From contig JBKSMP010000018.1 in the NCBI GenBank assembly GCA_046881885.1, positions 1-32,000 of the forward strand: 32,000 bases of DNA, given 5' to 3'. The notes beneath the pieces are model-generated. The model worked only from the letters and a program-made list of their open reading frames with translations. It searched no databases and was not told the origin of the DNA. Origin of the DNA: Opitutales bacterium. Lineage in GTDB: Bacteria; Verrucomicrobiota; Verrucomicrobiia; Opitutales; UBA9783. Shown in pieces: positions 18,893-27,951 of this stretch (its first letter is position 1; each line of letters opens with the position of its first letter). The position numbers and the translations under genes are program-made.

Positions 18893-21070
18893 TTACATAA
18901 AATCAATCGGGTCCACATCCCATAAATCAATGATGGAGGATGGCATTTTAAAGTTGTTCCGGAGGTTTTTTAGCAAGGGGAGAGTTTGCAGAATAGAGGG
19001 GGTAAAGAGCAGTAGGTGCATGCGATAAAATCCGTTAATTTTGCTAATAGATGGGGCTATAGGTCCTAAAAGCTCAACTGTTGAAGGTAAAGCTTTTTGG
19101 AGACAATTTGACCACCTCTGAATAACATATTGCAAAGTAGATTCAGAACGGCTACGGAAAATATGGCGAATTATATGGCGAAAAGGTGGATAAGCGTATT
19201 GTTTTCGCAATTGATATTCTTGTTCAAGAAAGCTTTGTGCGTCGTATTGAATACCGTAACGAATAGACATTGCATCGGGATTAAACGATTGTACAACGAC
19301 TTCTCCAGAATGCTTAGAACGCCCTGCGCGACCACTCACCTGAACCAGTAACTGAAAGGTACGTTCGGAAATACGAAAATCTTCCGGAGTAGCTTGCGCG
19401 TCTGCTTGAATAACACCAACAAGTGTAAGGTCAGGAAAATCGAGTCCTTTTGCTAGCATCTGCGTGCCCACAATAATATCATATCGATGGTCTAAAATCG
19501 CTTGATACCAATCCGGATGCTGTTGAATGACATCTGTATCTAGACGTAGGATACGCGCATTTTTATAAAATTGCTGCAGGCAGGTTTCAATCCGCTGTGT
19601 GCCAAGCCCTCTGCTTAATTTCAACAATGTTTTACAGGTACTACAAACAGTTTGAAAAGGCTCTTGGTAGTCACACAAATGACAATGTAAGCGATTGTCT
19701 TTTTTATGATAAACAAGATTGGTATGACAATGTGGGCAGGCTAAACGTTTTTCACATTTTGGGCAATACAAGTAAGGAGCATAGCCGCGTCGATTTAGGA
19801 ATAACAAAATTTGTTCTTTTCGATCCAAGCGTTCGTTTATCTTTTCTCGCAACAAATTAGACAGCAAAAATGTACCTTCAAAATTCGGTTTTTCATGACG
19901 CATATCAACCAAATGTACTTTCGGCAATACTTGTCCCAAAGGTCTGGTTTTGAGGGTGTGTAAAAAGTATTTGCCATTATGCGCATTCGTCCAAGATTCC
20001 ACGGAAGGTGTAGCACTTCCCAAAACACAAACTGATTGCGTAACAAAAGCACGATAAACTGCCAGATCACGTCCATGATAACGCGGATTCTCAGACTGCT
20101 TGTAAGAAGGCTCATGTTCCTCATCAACAATAACGAGTCCTAAGTGTGGTAAGGGAACAAAAAGCGCGGAACGGGTCCCTAAAAGAACGTCAATATTTCC
20201 CGACAATGCTTGCTGCCAAGTACGCAATTTTTCCGTATCGCTTAAACGACTATGCCAAACAGCAATACGAATGCCAGAGGCTTGTAAACGGTTTTTAAGC
20301 TTCGTAAGCGCTTGCTCAGACAGTGTGATTTCTGGAACCAAATAGAGGGTCTGTTTTTGAAGTGTTTTGGCTTTTAAAATCAGTGAATGATAAATTTCTG
20401 TTTTCCCTGAACCTGTAATTCCCCAAAGCAAATGCGTAGATCCCTGTGGATCCGTTAAATGACTCGTTATGGCTTGAAAAACAGCATTTTGTTCATCCGT
20501 TAAAGGAAAGGTAGAAGGAGTATCGCCAGCCTTTAGACAAGTTTTTTCGGCTATAAAACGTTCTACATAACCTTTTTCGATTAAAGTATTTAACGTTTGT
20601 GTTTGTTTTGGAAAAACGTCCTTAAAAGATTCTAACGAACTGTTAGGATGCTCTACAATCCAATTATAAACAGCTTGTTGTTGCTTACTACGTGCACTGA
20701 AATTCGGCTGTAATTGGGTTACTCGCAAAGAATAATTCACCGGAAAAGGTTTCCCTTTTCGAATAAGTGTAGGTAGAGCCGTTTCAAGCGCCGCCAGCGT
20801 GGTACAACCATAATACCGTGTAAGCCATTGAATAAGCTTTATTCCGTCTTCATTGACAATAGGATTGGGATAAATAGGTTCTAAAATGGGCAAGAATTTA
20901 AAGTTAGGATCGGGCGAATCCTCATAAACCTTACTGACTAAACCTAAATGAGGTTTGTTTTTAATAGAAACACGAACCAAAATTCCTTCTTTAATAGGCT
21001 CTTCACTTCGATACACAAGCGCATTGGGAATTCCAGAAAGCGGCAGAACTTCTGCAAACAATTCTGTCAT
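18893..21070 (-). CDS. priA: primosomal replication-restart helicase PriA
   Basis: Walker A GITGSGKT and DEEH box (IVDEEHEPSYKQ). Also a Cys-rich zinc region CPKCEKRLACPHCHTNLVYHKKDNRLHCHLCDY...CSTC. Confidence 0.93.
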   Translation of the reverse strand: MTELFAEVLPLSGIPNALVYRSEEPIKEGILVRVSIKNKPHLGLVSKVYEDSPDPNFKFLPILEPIYPNPIVNEDGIKLIQWLTRYYGCTTLAALETALPTLIRKGKPFPVNYSLRVTQLQPNFSARSKQQQAVYNWIVEHPNSSLESFKDVFPKQTQTLNTLIEKGYVERFIAEKTCLKAGDTPSTFPLTDEQNAVFQAITSHLTDPQGSTHLLWGITGSGKTEIYHSLILKAKTLQKQTLYLVPEITLSEQALTKLKNRLQASGIRIAVWHSRLSDTEKLRTWQQALSGNIDVLLGTRSALFVPLPHLGLVIVDEEHEPSYKQSENPRYHGRDLAVYRAFVTQSVCVLGSATPSVESWTNAHNGKYFLHTLKTRPLGQVLPKVHLVDMRHEKPNFEGTFLLSNLLREKINERLDRKEQILLFLNRRGYAPYLYCPKCEKRLACPHCHTNLVYHKKDNRLHCHLCDYQEPFQTVCSTCKTLLKLSRGLGTQRIETCLQQFYKNARILRLDTDVIQQHPDWYQAILDHRYDIIVGTQMLAKGLDFPDLTLVGVIQADAQATPEDFRISERTFQLLVQVSGRAGRSKHSGEVVVQSFNPDAMSIRYGIQYDAQSFLEQEYQLRKQYAYPPFRHIIRHIFRSRSESTLQYVIQRWSNCLQKALPSTVELLGPIAPSISKINGFYRMHLLLFTPSILQTLPLLKNLRNNFKMPSSIIDLWDVDPIDFM

Positions 21071-21073
21071 TTC

Positions 21074-21556
21074 TTACCAAGCAAAACTTTTTTGTGTTGC
21101 TAAAATCGCACCTTGTAGATCCAGCAATTCAACCTGCCAAGCAATAACGTTCGTAGATGAAGAAAATTGTGGATGATCCGTAATACCTAAAATAAGCTCG
21201 TTTTGGAGAATTAAAGAATGTGAAACTTCTGGAATTTCCCACTCATAGCTAACTTCTTGTAGTGCATGCTGCGTAATAAAAGAAACACGTATTTTCGAGT
21301 GTGGCTGAATTAAAGACAAAGCATGGTTGAATTTTACCGTAAGATAAAAACCTGCACGTTGCTCTTCATTGGTTCGTAAGATACAACGTCCCCCCTTAGA
21401 TTCTCGCTTCGAAAAAGCTTCTACAATCCCCTTAAAACTATCTTCCGTACGATAAGTTGCCGATAAGGTATCAATGCTAAACTTTTTTTTGGGTATATGT
21501 TGACAACCTGCCAAAAGCGTAAAAAAACATAAAACAATAAATCCTGCGTTCTTCAT
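21074..21556 (-). CDS. hypothetical lipoprotein (160 aa)
   Basis: Lipobox signal peptide MKNAGFIVLCFFTLLAG/C. The stop lies 3 nt before the priA start. I recognise no domain. Confidence 0.7.
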   Translation of the reverse strand: MKNAGFIVLCFFTLLAGCQHIPKKKFSIDTLSATYRTEDSFKGIVEAFSKRESKGGRCILRTNEEQRAGFYLTVKFNHALSLIQPHSKIRVSFITQHALQEVSYEWEIPEVSHSLILQNELILGITDHPQFSSSTNVIAWQVELLDLQGAILATQKSFAW

Positions 21557-21561
21557 AAAAA

Positions 21562-21636
21562 TGGCGCCCGCACCCAGACTCGAACTGGGATTAACGGTTT
21601 AGGAAACCGCGGTTCTATCCCTTGAACTATGAGGGC
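21562..21636 (-). tRNA. tRNA-Arg (anticodon CCU), CCA encoded
   Basis: Minus-strand read GCCCTCATAGTTCAAGGGATAGAACCGCGGTTTCCTAAACCGTTAATCCCAGTTCGAGTCTGGGTGCGGGCGCCA. The D, anticodon and T arms fold and the anticodon loop is TTCCTAA. The acceptor stem has one U5-C68 mismatch. Confidence 0.85.
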
Positions 21637-21695
21637 TCACTCTATAAACTGCCATGTTTTTACCCTCAACACAACTCTTTTCTCTAATAAAATTT

Positions 21696-22047
21696 GTATT
21701 TACGGCGTATAAGCCAGATTCTGTACAATAAATGCCGCATTCATTTATCTAACAATTTTCATTGTTCTCTTACGAGTGCGACGAACCCGAAGTTATCGAG
21801 CGGGCCACTCAACTCCCTATTTCGTCTTGCACCGGATTGGGTTTATCCTGCCATAAACATCACTGTTTGCGCGGTGAGCTCTTACCTCGCCTTTTCACCC
21901 TTACCACTTTTGTGGCGGTTTGTTTTCTGTGACACTAGCCATCCAAGTTTTACCTTGTCCCTTGCTTTCACGAGGAATCCTGCCCTATGGTGTCCGGACT
22001 TTCCTCTCTAAGCCTTTAACTCAGAGCGAATGCGCCGCCGTAAATAC
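21696..22047 (-). ncRNA. rnpB: RNase P RNA (bacterial type A)
   Basis: The minus strand contains GAGAGGAAAGTCCGGACACC (CR-I), GGGTGAAAAGGCGAGGTAAGAGCTCACCGCGC, and AGATAAATGAATG...ACAGAATCTGGCTTATACGCCG. P1 is formed by GTATTTACGGCG (5') and CGCCGTAAATAC (3'). Ends are good to within a few nt. Confidence 0.9.
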
Positions 22048-22140
22048 ATAATCAACAAACAAATTATAGTTTACAATTGCAATTCAAAAATAAACAAATT
22101 TGTAAACTTTTAAACAAATTGAAAAACCTACAAACAATAA

Positions 22141-22158
22141 ATCTACCCTAGGGTAGAT
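22141..22158 (-). terminator. 18-bp perfect palindrome, probable terminator after tRNA-Asp
   Basis: ATCTACCCTAGGGTAGAT lies 29 nt downstream of the tRNA-Asp 3' end. On the minus strand it is followed by TTATTGTTTGTAGGTTTTT. Confidence 0.45.
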
Positions 22159-22187
22159 TCAATGAAACTCAAAAGGTATTATGAAAA

Positions 22188-22264
22188 TGGCGGGATGAAC
22201 GAGACTCGAACTCGCGACCTCCTGCGTGACAGGCAGGCGTTCTAACCAGCTGAACTACCACCCC
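22188..22264 (-). tRNA. tRNA-Asp (anticodon GUC), CCA encoded
   Basis: Minus-strand read GGGGTGGTAGTTCAGCTGGTTAGAACGCCTGCCTGTCACGCAGGAGGTCGCGAGTTCGAGTCTCGTTCATCCCGCCA. It is nearly collinear with E. coli tRNA-Asp and the anticodon loop is CTGTCAC. Confidence 0.93.
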
Positions 22265-22407
22265 GCGTTACGATTAAAATAATGAAAAATAATTATCACT
22301 CCTGTCAACTCTTTTTTTACTAAATCTATAAAATTAAGTTCCCCCTTACACCTCAAAAAATAAAACTACCCAATTATTTAAATTCAATAAAAGAACTTAG
22401 TTTTCCA

Positions 22408-23391
22408 CTACTTCTTCCGAAAACCCTTATCGATTGCTATGGTTCGGCCAATACTTGCAAACATGGCTTCCAGTTGCTTTCTTACATCAGCTTCATCATC
22501 ATTTACACCAGCTTTATTCGGATAAATTTCGTACTTTTTACGACAATCGATTGTTGAAACATTTGGCATGACAACATTGGCACCGCTTTGCAAAGCAATA
22601 AGTCTGCCATTTGGAATGATTGTTTCCATAGCAGTTGTTGCAGGAATATTGATCGTTGGAAGGTTTATTCTTGTTAGCGCCATAACCTTTAGTGCAAGCC
22701 AAAAATCTCCTAGCTTTTCATCTTTTAAAGGTGTTTGGGCATGCGGAATGAAGGGCCCTACTCCAATCATATCTGCATCTAATGCCTTAAAGAACAAGAT
22801 ATCATCTGCCAAGGATTCTAATGTTTGTCCTGGAAGCCCTACAAGGCAACCCGTACCGACTTCATACCCAAGGGTCTTCAAATCCTGAAGACAACGAACA
22901 CGATTGTCAAAACTTGCATGAGGATGCATACTTTCATACAAATGCCTATCTGTTGTTTCGATTCTTAGAAGAAATCGATCTGCACCCGCCTCACGATAAG
23001 CTTTATAGTCCTCAAAAGTTTTTTCACCAATACTCAGTGTTACAGCAACATCAAAGGCTTTTATTTCGCGGATAATATCACATAATTTATCGGAATAGTA
23101 ATTGTCATCCTCGCCGGATTGAAGCACAATCGTCCGATAACCGAGATCAACAGCTTTTTTCGCCAAAGCCAAAATAGCTTCTTTTTCCAGTCGGTACCGT
23201 TCTGTTGTTGTATTCCCAGCACGAATTCCACAATATTTACAATGGCGCTTACAAATATTCGAAAACTCAATTAAAGCGCGTAAATGGATTGCATCTCCTA
23301 CTCTTTCCCGACGTACCCTATCGGCTTCTTTAAAAAGCCAATTATTTTGGGAATTATCTCGTAAAAAAGCTATTATTTCTTGCTTATTCAT
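22408..23391 (-). CDS. hydE: [FeFe]-hydrogenase maturase HydE (radical SAM)
   Basis: CKRHCKYCG radical-SAM motif, BioB-like fold signature, and a position directly after hydF. Start set at ATG 23391 (MNKQEII...), overlapping the hydF stop by 8 nt. The track's 23403 start is a TTG. Confidence 0.88.
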   Translation of the reverse strand: MNKQEIIAFLRDNSQNNWLFKEADRVRRERVGDAIHLRALIEFSNICKRHCKYCGIRAGNTTTERYRLEKEAILALAKKAVDLGYRTIVLQSGEDDNYYSDKLCDIIREIKAFDVAVTLSIGEKTFEDYKAYREAGADRFLLRIETTDRHLYESMHPHASFDNRVRCLQDLKTLGYEVGTGCLVGLPGQTLESLADDILFFKALDADMIGVGPFIPHAQTPLKDEKLGDFWLALKVMALTRINLPTINIPATTAMETIIPNGRLIALQSGANVVMPNVSTIDCRKKYEIYPNKAGVNDDEADVRKQLEAMFASIGRTIAIDKGFRKK

Positions 23392-24592
23392 TAGAAGTCC
23401 CAAAAAGATTATTAAACCTATCCTTATAAATTTCCATCGAACGTTTTAATATTCCATTCATGTAGGCAATTGCCATACCATAATTAACGATAGGAACATT
23501 CTGTTCGATAGCCCTATTGAAACGCGACCGTATTTCCGCTTCATTAGACATGCATCCTCCACAATGAACAATAAGCGCATAATCGCTCAAGTCTTGTGGA
23601 AATTCACTCCCTTGCGTAAACTCAAAACTAAGTTCCTTTCCCGTAAATTGCTTGATCCATTTTGGTAATTTTACGGTTCCAATATCATTGCATTGTCTAT
23701 GATGGGTACAACTCTCGGAAATTAAAATTCTATCCCCATTTTTTAACGCAGAGAGTTTGCTAGCCCCTGCTAATAATAAATCTAACTCTCCTTTATAATT
23801 AGCCATCAAAATGGAAAAAGATGTTAAAATCATTGTCTCAGGAACCACATCTTTGACCTTATTAAAAACTTGGGAATCGGTAATGACAAACTTTGGGGTA
23901 AGGGCCTTTAAAACCTGAGGAAGTTCATCTGGCTGACAACAAATAGCAATTGCTTGCGCATCTAAGATCTCTCTCAAAATGTTTTGTTGCGGCAAAATGA
24001 TTCTTCCTTTAGGAGCAGATTCATCAATGGGAATAACCATAACAATCGTATCACCAGCATTAAGTTTATCCTTAATAATAAACTTTTCTTGTTTGCTTTC
24101 TTGTATGATATGCCCAAGTTTTTCTTTTAAGGCATGAACCCCCTCCCCTGTCAAAGCACTAACAATTAAGGCTTCAGGTCTGGATAAGGAAAAACTACCT
24201 GAATTGATATCAGATTTGTTATAAACAACAATATAAGGAAGCTTTCTTTTTTCAAATTCCGCTCTAAATTCTTTATCAGAATCAGTTTCCCCTATAGTTG
24301 AATCCACAACTAAAACAGCAATATCTGTTTTGTCCAGAATTTGTTTCGTTTTCTCAATTCGGAGTCTACCTAATTCCCCCACATCATTTACGCCTGCGGT
24401 ATCAATGATTACGACAGGCCCAAGCGGAAGAATTTCCATCGACTTCAAAACAGGGTCCGTAGTGGTACCTTTAATATCCGATACAACCGACAATTGCTGA
24501 TTTGTAATAGCGTTAACCAACGAAGATTTACCGCTATTGGTGCAACCAAAAAAGGAAATATGCGGCCTTTCTGATTTAAGAACGTGTTGCAT
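23384..24592 (-). CDS. hydF: [FeFe]-hydrogenase maturation GTPase/scaffold HydF
   Basis: P-loop GCTNSGKSS, DTAG, and NKSD. The C-terminal cluster ligands CTHH...HCGGC match the CxHx(n)HCxxC pattern. Confidence 0.9.
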   Translation of the reverse strand: MQHVLKSERPHISFFGCTNSGKSSLVNAITNQQLSVVSDIKGTTTDPVLKSMEILPLGPVVIIDTAGVNDVGELGRLRIEKTKQILDKTDIAVLVVDSTIGETDSDKEFRAEFEKRKLPYIVVYNKSDINSGSFSLSRPEALIVSALTGEGVHALKEKLGHIIQESKQEKFIIKDKLNAGDTIVMVIPIDESAPKGRIILPQQNILREILDAQAIAICCQPDELPQVLKALTPKFVITDSQVFNKVKDVVPETMILTSFSILMANYKGELDLLLAGASKLSALKNGDRILISESCTHHRQCNDIGTVKLPKWIKQFTGKELSFEFTQGSEFPQDLSDYALIVHCGGCMSNEAEIRSRFNRAIEQNVPIVNYGMAIAYMNGILKRSMEIYKDRFNNLFGTSNE

Positions 24593-24631
24593 GCTTACTA
24601 CCCTACTTTATGTTTCCTTATCCAGCAAGAA

Positions 24632-26071
24632 TTAATAACGAAAATCGCGATTGCCAGCCTCAATCGCAACCAGCTTTTTAGCTAAACTGGCTTTCAAATT
24701 TTCATTAGGAATTTTAGCCAATTCTTTTTGAATGAACGGTTCACCAATTTTTCTTGTTTCTTCGGATGCATAATCCACTAAAAACTCTTTCAAAGTAATA
24801 AGCGCATTCGGCTGACAGCAGTTCTGAATAAGCCCGGTCTTACAGAGTGACATAAAACGTTCCCCTGTCCTTCCTTCACGATAACAAGCTGTACAGAAGG
24901 AAGGAATTTTGCCAAGCTGCATCAACCATCTAATCACTTCGTCCAAAGTTCTTTGATCGGATACATCAAATTGTTCGGTATCACACGGTCTTTCTTTTTC
25001 CGTATAGCCACCAACAGATGTTCTAGAAGCACCTGAAATTTGAGAAACACCTAATTGCAATAATCTTTCACGAACACTTTGAGATTCTCGCGTTGAAATG
25101 ATAATACCCGTGTAAGGAACAGCAATTCTGATTAAAGCAACAATTTTGGCAAAGGTTTCGTCATCGATTCCATTCGAAAATTGCTTAGCATCAATATCAT
25201 CGGCATTTTTAATTCTTGGAACCGAGATCGTATGAGGACCCACACCATGAACAGCTTCCAAGTGTTCCGCATGCATTAAAAGACCCGCAAATTCGTATTT
25301 ATAACGTTCTAGACCAAACAAAACACCCAATCCAACGTCATCAATACCACCTTCCATCGCTCTATCCATCGCTTCCGTATGATAAGCGTAATGGTGTTTA
25401 GGACCTTTTGGATGCAACTTTTCGTAAGACTCTTTATGGTAGGTTTCTTGGAATAAAATATAAGTCCCAATCTCTGCTTCTTTTAATTTTCTATAGTTTT
25501 CAACCGTCGTTGCAGCAATATTTACGTTTACACGACGAATAGCACCATTCTTATGCTTGATCGAATAAATAGTCTTAATACATTCCAAAATGTATTCAAT
25601 TGGATTATTAACGGGATCTTCACCTGATTCAATCGCCAATCGTTTGTGCCCCATATCCTGAAGAGCAATTACCTCGCGTGCAACTTCTTCCTGAGTAAGT
25701 TTTTTTCTTGGAATACTCTTATTTTGATAGTGATACGGACAATAAACACAACCATTAACACAATAATTTGAGAGATAAAGAGGAGCAAAAATTACAATTC
25801 GATCACCATAAAAGGCTTCTTTTATTTCTTCAGCGAGCGCATAAATCTTATCTGTAACTTCTTTACTATTATTAGCTAAAAGAACACTTGCTTCCTCATG
25901 TGTAAGGCCTGTACAATGGGTTTCATTGCCTTTTCTAACAGGACGAGCTTTCTCTAAGATTTTGTTGATTAAATCCAGATTATCTTTGTTTTTTTCAGCA
26001 TAGTCTAAAGTTCTAAGAATTTCTTCGTGATTAATAAATTCTTCTGCCTTTAGTGATTTCTTATCATACAT
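24632..26071 (-). CDS. hydG: [FeFe]-hydrogenase maturase HydG (radical SAM tyrosine lyase)
   Basis: CVNGCVYCPY radical-SAM motif and a C-terminal auxiliary cluster motif CTACYREGRTGERFMSLCKTGLIQNCC. The protein is 479 aa, and AAGGAGG lies upstream. Confidence 0.92.
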   Translation of the reverse strand: MYDKKSLKAEEFINHEEILRTLDYAEKNKDNLDLINKILEKARPVRKGNETHCTGLTHEEASVLLANNSKEVTDKIYALAEEIKEAFYGDRIVIFAPLYLSNYCVNGCVYCPYHYQNKSIPRKKLTQEEVAREVIALQDMGHKRLAIESGEDPVNNPIEYILECIKTIYSIKHKNGAIRRVNVNIAATTVENYRKLKEAEIGTYILFQETYHKESYEKLHPKGPKHHYAYHTEAMDRAMEGGIDDVGLGVLFGLERYKYEFAGLLMHAEHLEAVHGVGPHTISVPRIKNADDIDAKQFSNGIDDETFAKIVALIRIAVPYTGIIISTRESQSVRERLLQLGVSQISGASRTSVGGYTEKERPCDTEQFDVSDQRTLDEVIRWLMQLGKIPSFCTACYREGRTGERFMSLCKTGLIQNCCQPNALITLKEFLVDYASEETRKIGEPFIQKELAKIPNENLKASLAKKLVAIEAGNRDFRY

Positions 26072-26211
26072 AGTAATAATTGACCTCCTTGTCTTAAATA
26101 AATTTCATTAAATAAATGTTTACACTGTTAAAAAAAACACTGTAACCGCACCAAAGTTGTAAAGAGGCAATCAACAAAAATCAAGCATATTTTAATTTAA
26201 ATTAAAACAAA

Positions 26212-26697
26212 CTAATTTTCTTCGTTTTTTACCCAAGATTGAACTTCGAAAGCATCTGTCTGTTTTAAAATCGAATTCAACTTAAAGTAAGATTCGAATG
26301 ATGGGAAAAACGCATCTCCTTCTATTGTCTGCGGAATAATAGACAAAATAAGCTCATCACAAATCGGCAACAATTGCTCATAAACGTGCGCACCACCACA
26401 TACCCATACCGTTCCCCCTAAACCATAAAGCTCTTCAGGCGAATGAATGACCTCTACTCCTTGAAAACTTACGTGATTTCTGGTAAGCACATACGTCTTG
26501 CGTTGTGGTAAAGGACGACATCCCATCGACTCAAAGGTTTTGCGGCCCATAAGCAAGGTTTGATTTAAGGTAACTTGCTTAAACCACTTCAATTCTTCAG
26601 GAATATGCCAAGGCAATTGCTGCCGACAACCAATAACACGGTTGATGGACATCGCCGCAATCGCCTTGAAAGAAGTTTTTTTATCAGACAGCAACAT
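26212..26697 (-). CDS. folA: dihydrofolate reductase
   Basis: [30 protein letters not shown]...[15 protein letters not shown] aligns with E. coli FolA. Start set at ATG 26697 (MLLSDKK...), overlapping the thyA stop by 14 nt. The track's 26763 start would overlap thyA by 80 nt. Confidence 0.88.
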   Translation of the reverse strand: MLLSDKKTSFKAIAAMSINRVIGCRQQLPWHIPEELKWFKQVTLNQTLLMGRKTFESMGCRPLPQRKTYVLTRNHVSFQGVEVIHSPEELYGLGGTVWVCGGAHVYEQLLPICDELILSIIPQTIEGDAFFPSFESYFKLNSILKQTDAFEVQSWVKNEEN

Positions 26698-27481
26698 CCG
26701 CTTTAATCGTTGGATAAGGGTCGTAATCGTTGATCGTAAACGACTCAAAGGTAAAATCATCAATCGACTTTATCGTACTATCTAATTGCAAGGTAGGCAA
26801 TTCTTTAGGTTCACGAGAAAGTTGTAATTCTACTTGTTCACGATGATTATTGTAAATATGGGCATCACCTAAAGTATGTACAAACGTGCCTGGTTTCAAT
26901 CCGCAAACTTGGGCAACCATATAAGTCAGTAATGAATAAGATGCAATATTGAAAGGAACCCCTAAAAATAAGTCACCACTGCGTTGATAGAGTTGACAAC
27001 TTAAAGTACCCTTCGTACTAACATAAAATTGGAAAAAGGAATGACAAGGGGGTAAAGCCATTTTGTCAATCTCGCCGACATTCCAAGCAGAAACGATATG
27101 TCTCCGACCAAAAGGATTAGTTTTTATCCCTTCTATGAGTTGTTTAATTTGGTCAACAACACGTCCATCGGCACATTTCCAATGGCGCCATTGAGCTCCA
27201 TAAACAGGCCCTAAATTACCTTCCGCATCTGCCCATTCATTCCAAATACGAACCCCATGATCTTGTAAATATTGAATATTGGTTTCACCTTTTAAAAACC
27301 AAAGAAGTTCGTAGGCAATAGACTTAAAATGTACTTTTTTGGTTGTAAGCAAAGGGAATTTTTCTGAAATATCGACACGGATTTGCGTACCAAATATGCT
27401 CGTTGTACCGACGCCTGTACGGTCTATCCGTTCCTCCCCTTCATTCAAAACTTTTCTAAGAAGATCTAAATAAACTTTCAT
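26684..27481 (-). CDS. thyA: thymidylate synthase ThyA
   Basis: RTGVGT.S.FG, a catalytic LPPCH, and [24 protein letters not shown]. Confidence 0.95.
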   Translation of the reverse strand: MKVYLDLLRKVLNEGEERIDRTGVGTTSIFGTQIRVDISEKFPLLTTKKVHFKSIAYELLWFLKGETNIQYLQDHGVRIWNEWADAEGNLGPVYGAQWRHWKCADGRVVDQIKQLIEGIKTNPFGRRHIVSAWNVGEIDKMALPPCHSFFQFYVSTKGTLSCQLYQRSGDLFLGVPFNIASYSLLTYMVAQVCGLKPGTFVHTLGDAHIYNNHREQVELQLSREPKELPTLQLDSTIKSIDDFTFESFTINDYDPYPTIKADVAV

Positions 27482-27483
27482 CG

Positions 27484-27951
27484 TTATAATCCAAAAGCTT
27501 TTTTCTGCGAAAGTTCGCTGAGTTGTTGTTGCAATAAGGCTTGAAATTGCGCAATGTCTGCTTGCGAAGGTTTATAGCCTTCTTGCTCGGGCTTCAGCGA
27601 TATACGACCGAATTGATCCAACCCCCAAGAAGCTGATTGCTCATCCGAAAAACGCACATTTCCATTAAAAATCATTCCAGGACGCGTAACCGGATCAACT
27701 TGTACCTGTACACCATCATCACTTGGTACTGCAGGCTTTGAATCGGCTTGGTCACCTTCTGCATCAACTTGCGTCTCTTTTTTCTTCAATTCTAATTGAA
27801 GATCATCTAATAAAAAACGTACTTCTAAATAGGTCAAATGGGTGTTAAAACTCGCATTAATTTTTGTCTGCAATTCACTCACCGATTGAATCTCTGAGAC
27901 CCACTGTTGTAATTGCTGCACTTGTTCTTCTGAAAAATCTTTGTAATTCAT
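27484..27951 (-). CDS. hypothetical protein (155 aa) translationally coupled to dnaA
   Basis: Its ATG overlaps the dnaA TGA (ATGA at 27948..27951), and its stop lies 2 nt before the thyA ATG. It has Gln-rich helical ends, an acidic linker and a central segment [38 protein letters not shown] recognise no domain. Confidence 0.65.
   Translation of the reverse strand: MNYKDFSEEQVQQLQQWVSEIQSVSELQTKINASFNTHLTYLEVRFLLDDLQLELKKKETQVDAEGDQADSKPAVPSDDGVQVQVDPVTRPGMIFNGNVRFSDEQSASWGLDQFGRISLKPEQEGYKPSQADIAQFQALLQQQLSELSQKKAFGL

Noticed and set aside
21694-22011. 105-aa plus-strand ORF in the track
   Set aside because: It lies entirely antisense to the RNase P RNA gene, whose conserved motifs are unambiguous. 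The ORF is a by-product of the structured-RNA sequence.
22048-22140. Three copies of AAACAAATT between tRNA-Asp and rnpB
   Set aside because: The motif is a short A/T-rich 9-mer in an AT-rich promoter-like spacer. It is plausibly UP-element-like or due to chance, and there is not enough structure to call it a regulatory array.
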